Source: a virus (lineage: Duplodnaviria; Caudoviricetes). From it: a stretch of DNA of 64,000 nt. The first letter of the stretch is position 1. The number at the start of each line of letters is the position of its first letter. The notes below the pieces were generated by a model. The model saw only the letters and a program-made list of their open reading frames with translations. It was not told the origin of the DNA and searched no databases. The stretch covers positions 11,497 to 75,496 of the IMG/VR virus record IMGVR_UViG_3300033075_001053, one strand, 5' to 3'. The translations under genes were made by a program, and so were the position numbers. Below, piece after piece: positions 58,338 through 64,000 of the stretch.

Positions 58338-58673
58338 GATAGAGACCCACCCTTTTGCAAGGATGGTGGTCGCCTATCTCGAAGTATTCTCCGGAGCCGC
58401 GAGTTACCTCGGACAGTCTACGTAGTCGTGCCGCTCGTAGACATGCAGAGTCCTTTGGATCTTGGCACAGATCCCCAGCTTACACTAATCTGCTTTGCGC
58501 TCGTGCTGTCCATACGCTTCCCTTGAGGACGTCGGCCATGCACAGGTGGGTCAAGGTGTCTTGCATAGTAGAAAAACAAATGCCTCTGATTCGAAGGGCG
58601 GGTGCGATAGCGGCAATCGGCAAGATTTACGCTATGTGTCTTTCGACACGTCCACCCTCCTAATCAGAGGCAC
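58338..58673 (-). ncRNA. Putative large structured non-coding RNA of unknown class
   Basis: Gap of more than 390 bp with no credible gene; at least 10 stems paired by hand, four GNRA tetraloops on the minus strand and a 5-bp loop-loop complementarity. Confidence 0.65.
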
Positions 58674-58724
58674 TCTTAAATTGTCTTTGTACTGACCGAT
58701 TGCTATTTTCGCTGGTCAAAATTA

Positions 58725-61700
58725 TCAATTCTCCTCTATAACAGTCAAGCCTAAGTTTTCCACAGCGTTAATTGCTTTGGTGAGCCAGTCTGTTGTGGTG
58801 ACACCGACAACGTCATCCTCTCGGTAGAGAAGGACTGCCTCATCGGTCGTCACAGCGACCGGCACCGGACAGACGACAAACTGATCCATCTCAAATCCCG
58901 TACAGTGCCAGTCGTCGACCGGCACCCCGGTCAAATTCTCCAACTCCTCACACACCTTCTGATTGAACTCCTTCCGGGTGATCTTGAATGGATCGTCGAC
59001 CGGGTAGAAGCCGGATTCTTTGTCGAGCTTGAACGAATCTTTGACGGGACTGCCAACAAATGACGGGATTCCTAAAATTGCGGTAGCCTCTGCTTCCTTC
59101 AATGATTCAGCCTGAATATAGGTAGTCCCGCTCATCTGCCATGTGCAGGGTAGTTTGTAGGTTTTCATATTCCCTCCGGATAGTCATCGTAAGCAATATC
59201 TTGATTAACCTCAAACGATCCATCAACAAAGTTTCCTTCTGGAAGCGGAGTGTCTGGGCCTTCACACTTCTCGATTGCCTCCTCTAAAGATTCTGCTTCG
59301 ATTTCGAAGATGCTTGACATCATCCAGACCGCAAACGGTTTGTAGGTTTTCATTATGCCTCCTCGCCATCAATGAACCATCTGTTGCCAGCGTAAGAATC
59401 CTTCGTGCTGCATTCTGTAATCTCAGAACAAAGCATTCTCATCGAAGTAACGACGGTTCGAGGCAAGTGCGCACTACGCTGCACCGCTATCTGGTGTCCG
59501 GCCAACTTTGCGTTGACAAGGTTTATGATTAACTGCTCTTTCACTCTTCCTCCTGTTCATAAATTCCAACAAGTCTGTAAACGTCCTGCCAGGTCTTATC
59601 ACAGCTAATACAGCAGATCGGCTGGGTGCCCAAGGTTCCGTCGACGTCAACCCCACCTACGGCCTCCACATCACTGCCACAGTACGGGCACTTTGATGGA
59701 TTGTCGAGGTATTTGGTCTTTTGTTCGTCTGTGAGTTTCATATCCTCTTCTCCTTAATCATTATTTCATTCGCCATACCACAGGCAAAGCCAAGAGCGAA
59801 GTAAAAGAACCCCGCGATCTGTCTATTGTCGATGGTGTCAATTGCTACACATCCAACGAACGCAACGAGTCCGAGAATTAGGAATTTCATGCTTCCTCCA
59901 TACCAGCGTTAAGAATTCTGTTTTCGTCATGTGTTGACTGAACCGTGTGAGGGTAGCGTTCGGCGTGGAATTTTGTAAACTCGTTCGTACAGTGTTCCGC
60001 CTGCCACTCCATCGCCTCCAAAATATCCCTACACCCTGGGAACTGCAGCACCAAGCGTCTTGCCTCATCTGGCGGCAGACTTGTGTGGATCTTGTTGGTT
60101 CGGGTGTAGATCTCAATGGCCTTCTGTTCTCTTGCTGTCATACCTTCTCCTTAAATCTAACGTAAGACTCACTACTCATACTTGGGCCAATCGGGATACC
60201 CTTAAATTTGGCCTCTTTTCCTGGGGTAATGTCCTTTGGACTCTCACCCGATTCCACGACAAAAAACTCCCAATCGGACGTCGAAAGGAGAATTCTTTCC
60301 GGCTCGAGTCCAATTCGTCGACCCGTGTCAAGGACGTCAAGAATGCGATTTTTTACCCCTGGGCGCTGCAATTGAATATTCACACCGCCTCCCATCCACG
60401 AGACCACTGATGCTCATACTCATCCTGGCAAAGCTCCTTACCTCGGCGCAAGTAACAGGGCTTGTACTTCTCCCAATACTTCACTCCATCTCTGTAGAAG
60501 ACATGGAAGGTCGGGACCATCTTCCCATCCACCCAGATGTGATTATGGGGTTCGCTAATAGCAAAGCCGGGCTTCCCACCCACTGTGCAGAAGATCGGCG
60601 GCAAACAGCCCAAATTGATGTCCCACTCTTCTTCTGTGATTTCGACGTCTACATCTAAGGCGTCGATGTTAGGTAAGGTCATAACGTCTCCTTCTGTAAG
60701 TCTAACAAGTTGCATTTCATTCCTAAATCACTCACGTAAGGCATAATGTTCTCCCACGACTCTCGCCACCAATTACCACAGAACCGGCAGCCGACGATAG
60801 GAAACAGCCCTTCTTTTGTGTTTTTAATCCTCACCAGTTCAAAAGCGTAACTTTTCCCGTTCCAATGAGAATAGTAGTCATCGGTCTTTTCCTGCAGTTT
60901 CAGGCCGTGGTAACACTTTACATTCAAAAGAAGCCCAGATTCGTGCTTCATCTGAAATGATCCGGGCTCAATCTCAAATCCAGGTTTATAGTCTTCACCA
61001 TAACCCGGCAATTCAGAGGCTTTGTGCAGTCGGTAAGTAGCCTTCCCTTCGTAACCCCCTGGAAGAACATCGTTCTCCTCTGGGACAGGGATTCTCCAGA
61101 AGCAATTAATGACATCACTTGGGTCCAGTGAGCCGCGGACTTTCTCCACCTTATTTCTGTCGGTGTACCTCAGATTCCTGATGTCTTCACAACAGCCAAG
61201 ATAGATCTCCGTCCGGTCGCTCTTTCTCAGTGCGTATTCGCTCATGATTTCTCCTAATTCTTTGGAATTCGACCAGTACGTTGAAATTCTTCGTAATTCT
61301 TCATGTACGACTCCTCTATGGCAATGCGCTTTTCGTACTCAGCCATAGTCTCACTTCGTACGCGATTGATGCGCAAATGGATAGAGGTAATATCGTCATC
61401 TTCCTCTATTTCGAAGTAGAAGTTCTCACCACGGGCCACATACTTTTCAAGATCAGCCAGTGTGAACATATCACCGGTCAGATCGACGCTATCAATGTAG
61501 GCTATCTTCTGAAATCTCCGATCAATCTTAATCGGATACATATACGCGCTCATGATTTCTCCACTTTGGCAAATCCAACATCTTTGTTATCAAGGTTCCG
61601 AATTGGCATTGTGTCTTCTCGGTCGAGGTTTATGTACCTCAGAGCGTAGGAAACAGCATCTCGCACATCTTCGTTAATAGTGGTCTGATCAAATCGATTC

Positions 61701-62165
61701 AGATCCACTTCAATCAATAGTTTCATCTCAAAACCTCCTCCAAATGTGAAGCCGACAACTTCGCCAGTGCGCGCGCCACAAACTCATCACAAGGGAAGTC
61801 TCGCTCAACCTCATAGATGAACTGAGCCACGATCTCTCGGACAGATACAGTCGTGTCTCTTCCTTCCAATTCAATTCCAACGGCCTCTTTTAGCCCTTTT
61901 TGGAGCAATTCACTCATTTGATACCTCTCAAGTGTTTGTACGAATCCAGCCAGACATGAGCCATTTCAGTTGCTTCCTCTCGTGATCGATTTTTGTTGAT
62001 CCCGAATATCTTCAGCCTCCGAGCGCCTTCAAAAGCAATAGCTTGTCGAGGGTAAATCCCTACTCTATAGAGACCCTTCTGGCAGCCGAAAGGCGAATCG
62101 TCAATTTTAGGATGAGGCCGACGGCGGATCTTGTCCAGCTCTTCCTCTGTGTATATGTGCTTCAT
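58725..62165 (-). other. Array of short early-type ORFs: 58725-59168, 59165-59353, 59353-59544, 59541-59741 (CPYC/CISC Zn ribbon), 59738-59890 (membrane), 59887-60141, 60138-60383, 60380-60682, 60679-61245, 61254-61553, 61550-61726, 61723-61917, 61914-62165
   Basis: Near-continuous ATGA/TGATG coupling and GGAG(G) sites; no recognisable domain except the Zn ribbon. Confidence 0.6.
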
Positions 62166-62181
62166 CGTTCCACGTGAAACG

Positions 62182-62613
62182 TTAAACAAGTCCTCTCTCT
62201 GAGAGAGCGGTGTAGTTATCGCTTGTGAGAATCAAATGATCCAAGAGCTTGATTTCGAAAAGCTTAAGTCCTTCACCAAGGCTCTTAGTAACCGCGATGT
62301 CTTCCCTTGACGGTTCTGCGTTCCCAGAGGGGTGATTGTGAACTAATACGGCGGCGCGAGCGTTCGAGAGAATCAAGAATTGCGCGATCTGCTTCGGGTC
62401 GAAGATCGAGGCGTTCAATCCGCCTTTTGAGTGCAGATACGACGCAAAGACTCTACTGGCACTATTGAGCGCGAAGATCCTCATTTCCTCATGATGATCC
62501 ATACAGTGCTCAAAGTACGGCTTCGAGACCTCGTGCATATCGGCGGGGGCTCTAATCACCTTCGAGGCTTCACTTCCTCTTTTGTAGAGGATTTCAGCTT
62601 CTTTAATGTTCAT
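62182..62613 (-). CDS. RadC-like JAB domain protein
   Basis: EEMRIFALN...VLVHNHPSGNAEPSREDIAVT...LLDHLIL. Confidence 0.9.
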   Translation of the reverse strand: MNIKEAEILYKRGSEASKVIRAPADMHEVSKPYFEHCMDHHEEMRIFALNSASRVFASYLHSKGGLNASIFDPKQIAQFLILSNARAAVLVHNHPSGNAEPSREDIAVTKSLGEGLKLFEIKLLDHLILTSDNYTALSERGLV

Positions 62614-63207
62614 TTCAGCACGGTGATAACCTCACCGAATAGGTTAGTAATAATGATTGAAGTAATCTCATGGTCAAACAGAAAAAGAGAAGCTCTTTCC
62701 AGAGCTTCGGAATAACTCTCTTTCGGCTCAACTCTTTCTCCCAGCTTCAAGAGAATCATAAATGTCCCATGTAATCAACAACTTGGATTTTCTGCGTAGC
62801 TTCGCCCAAAATCTTCCCAGAATCGTCACATTCGTACCACTTCCCATCAACGAGCGTGAAAAGCTGCCCGATGATGCTTTCGTAATACTGATGTTCGGGC
62901 GGTAGCTTCCTAAGAGCGTGAACCAGAATCATACAACCTCCATAAATGAACTTTGGAAGGCTCTTTCGTAAAAGAGCCCGCAAAACTCACCCCAAATACT
63001 GAATCTCGGCACGTATGCCATATTCGGTCAAGAATCGCTCCTGAGTATCAAGAGCGTGCTCTTCGTCAGTCATTTCGACGACGTGACCCGAAACCACTAC
63101 TAAACACATAACTCCTCCGTGAATAGATCATGCCCAATATCGGGCTATCTTCTTGGCACCAAAATCAAGAAGACGACACAAACGAAAATCACAAAACCAT
63201 ATTCCAT
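62610..63207 (-). other. Four very short ORFs (62610-62759; 62756-62943; 62987-63109; 63145-63207, a 20-aa hydrophobic peptide)
   Basis: Hand translation; three have GGAG(G)/GAAGGAAG sites or an ATGA overlap. Confidence 0.5.
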
Positions 63208-63229
63208 ATCTTCCTTCTCCGATAGGTAT

Positions 63230-63252
63230 AAAAAAAGGGGCTAAAAAGCCCC
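63230..63252 (-). terminator. Rho-independent terminator
   Basis: GGGGCT/AGCCCC stem followed on the minus strand by T7. Confidence 0.75.
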
Positions 63253-63271
63253 TGAAGTTGCGAAAATTGCA

Positions 63272-63655
63272 CTATTCAATACTGTCAATTCTACCACTTA
63301 GTCCAGTAATTACAATTACTTGTGGTTTGTCAGTTATCATACGTTTGAGTGAAGCACACTCTTGTAAGAAACCTACACGTTTCTTCTGTGGTTTGTCTCG
63401 TACTTTGTGACGCGTGGGCTTATTGTGTTCCAGATCGTCTAAGAACGTAGCCAGATCGAAGCCGTCGAAATTTGCCGATAATGTCAGACTGTCAGCAATT
63501 TTGCGCGCCTTTGCTTCGCTTGTCAGAAACGACGGTTTGCCTAATCGCGTCCAGCCAGTCTGTATTTTTCGCCCAGACTCGGAGAGAACAGAGTATAACC
63601 GTACTTTTCTGTTCCCCCTGTCATATTTAGCGAATTCTACTCTAAATGTAGTCAT
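63272..63655 (-). CDS. Hypothetical protein (127 aa)
   Basis: ORF track; basic, no recognised motif. Confidence 0.5.
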   Translation of the reverse strand: MTTFRVEFAKYDRGNRKVRLYSVLSESGRKIQTGWTRLGKPSFLTSEAKARKIADSLTLSANFDGFDLATFLDDLEHNKPTRHKVRDKPQKKRVGFLQECASLKRMITDKPQVIVITGLSGRIDSIE

Positions 63656-63735
63656 AAAGTATCCTAATAGAACTCATTTAGGGGCTAATAGTGTGTGAAA
63701 AAATCAATTTTGACCGAAACGAAAATCAGCCAGCT

Positions 63736-64000
63736 CTACGCTGGCTCTTCTACTGTGTTTTGTACTGTGTTTTGTGGAAGTTGTTTTCTCATGCTTGAAT
63801 ATGACAAGTCCATCCCTCCAATTCGCTGAGTGTGACCAATGGACGGCTGAACCGCGATCAAGCCGTTAGCCCCAGTTAGGACAATTTCACCCGCTTGTTC
63901 TTTTCTCTTCATTTTGTGAAGGATAGAAGACAAGCAGTAATCGTTCCCAGCCAGAGCCGCTAAACTTGCTGCGTGAATGTCAACGTAAGATTTGCCAGAC
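63736..64000 (-). CDS. 5'-truncated hypothetical protein
   Basis: The frame stays open to the window end (SGKSYVDIHAAS...). Confidence 0.5.
   Translation of the reverse strand, partial: SGKSYVDIHAASLAALAGNDYCLSSILHKMKRKEQAGEIVLTGANGLIAVQPSIGHTQRIGGMDLSYSSMRKQLPQNTVQNTVEEPA

Noticed and set aside
58580-58673. Hammerhead ribozyme or SAM-I/cobalamin riboswitch (CTGAT, GAAA, GTGCCAA and AAGGGAA words nearby)
   Set aside because: CUGAUUA breaks the CUGANGA core, GAAA is a hairpin loop rather than a junction strand, and the riboswitch words are not in the required order.
58338-58673. Group I intron carrying the HNH
   Set aside because: No P7-forming R/S pair in the right order and no interrupted gene whose halves flank it; a degenerate relic cannot be fully excluded.
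48920-63655. Integron (tyrosine recombinase next to an array of short ORFs)
   Set aside because: The recombinase is co-oriented and downstream, there is no intergenic room for attC sites, and the genes overlap.
1-64000. CRISPR array or stop-codon reassignment
   Set aside because: No regularly spaced repeat-spacer array was seen; long genes are intact in the standard code and TAG ends several genes followed by normally spaced starts.

Overview
The window is part of a tailed dsDNA phage genome (podovirus-like, probably temperate), cut at both ends. Left end (+): a DnaA-domain-IV-like protein, a Zn-binding protein and a GT9-like glycosyltransferase. 2.8-12.1 kb (-): an inverted block of two repeat-rich fibre proteins and two low-complexity virion-type proteins. 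12.2-49.0 kb (+): terminase, P22-like portal, scaffold, major capsid protein (MCP), lysis genes ending in a beta-barrel outer-membrane protein, receptor-binding proteins, five paralogous ring/adaptor proteins, a 1857-aa tail nozzle-like protein, a SAM methyltransferase and two large ejection-type proteins. 48.9-64 kb (-): tyrosine recombinase, sliding clamp, HNH nucleases, SLOG and RadC-like proteins and many short ORFs. The spanin-like genes and the OMP imply a diderm host; the lineage cannot be determined here. Best leads: (1) a ~340-nt structured non-coding region with four GNRA tetraloops and a kissing-loop pairing, directly upstream of a small HNH nuclease; (2) an unannotated 23-aa ORF among the ring genes that copies the MCP N-terminal arm while fully recoded at the DNA level; (3) a D-armless tRNA-like element with a CAU anticodon; (4) early genes flanked by exact 14-20-bp repeats centred on start codons; (5) a beta-barrel OMP within a lipoprotein-less spanin-like cluster. 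Family assignments come from motif recognition by eye and RNA structures from manual pairing; no database search or folding program was run.
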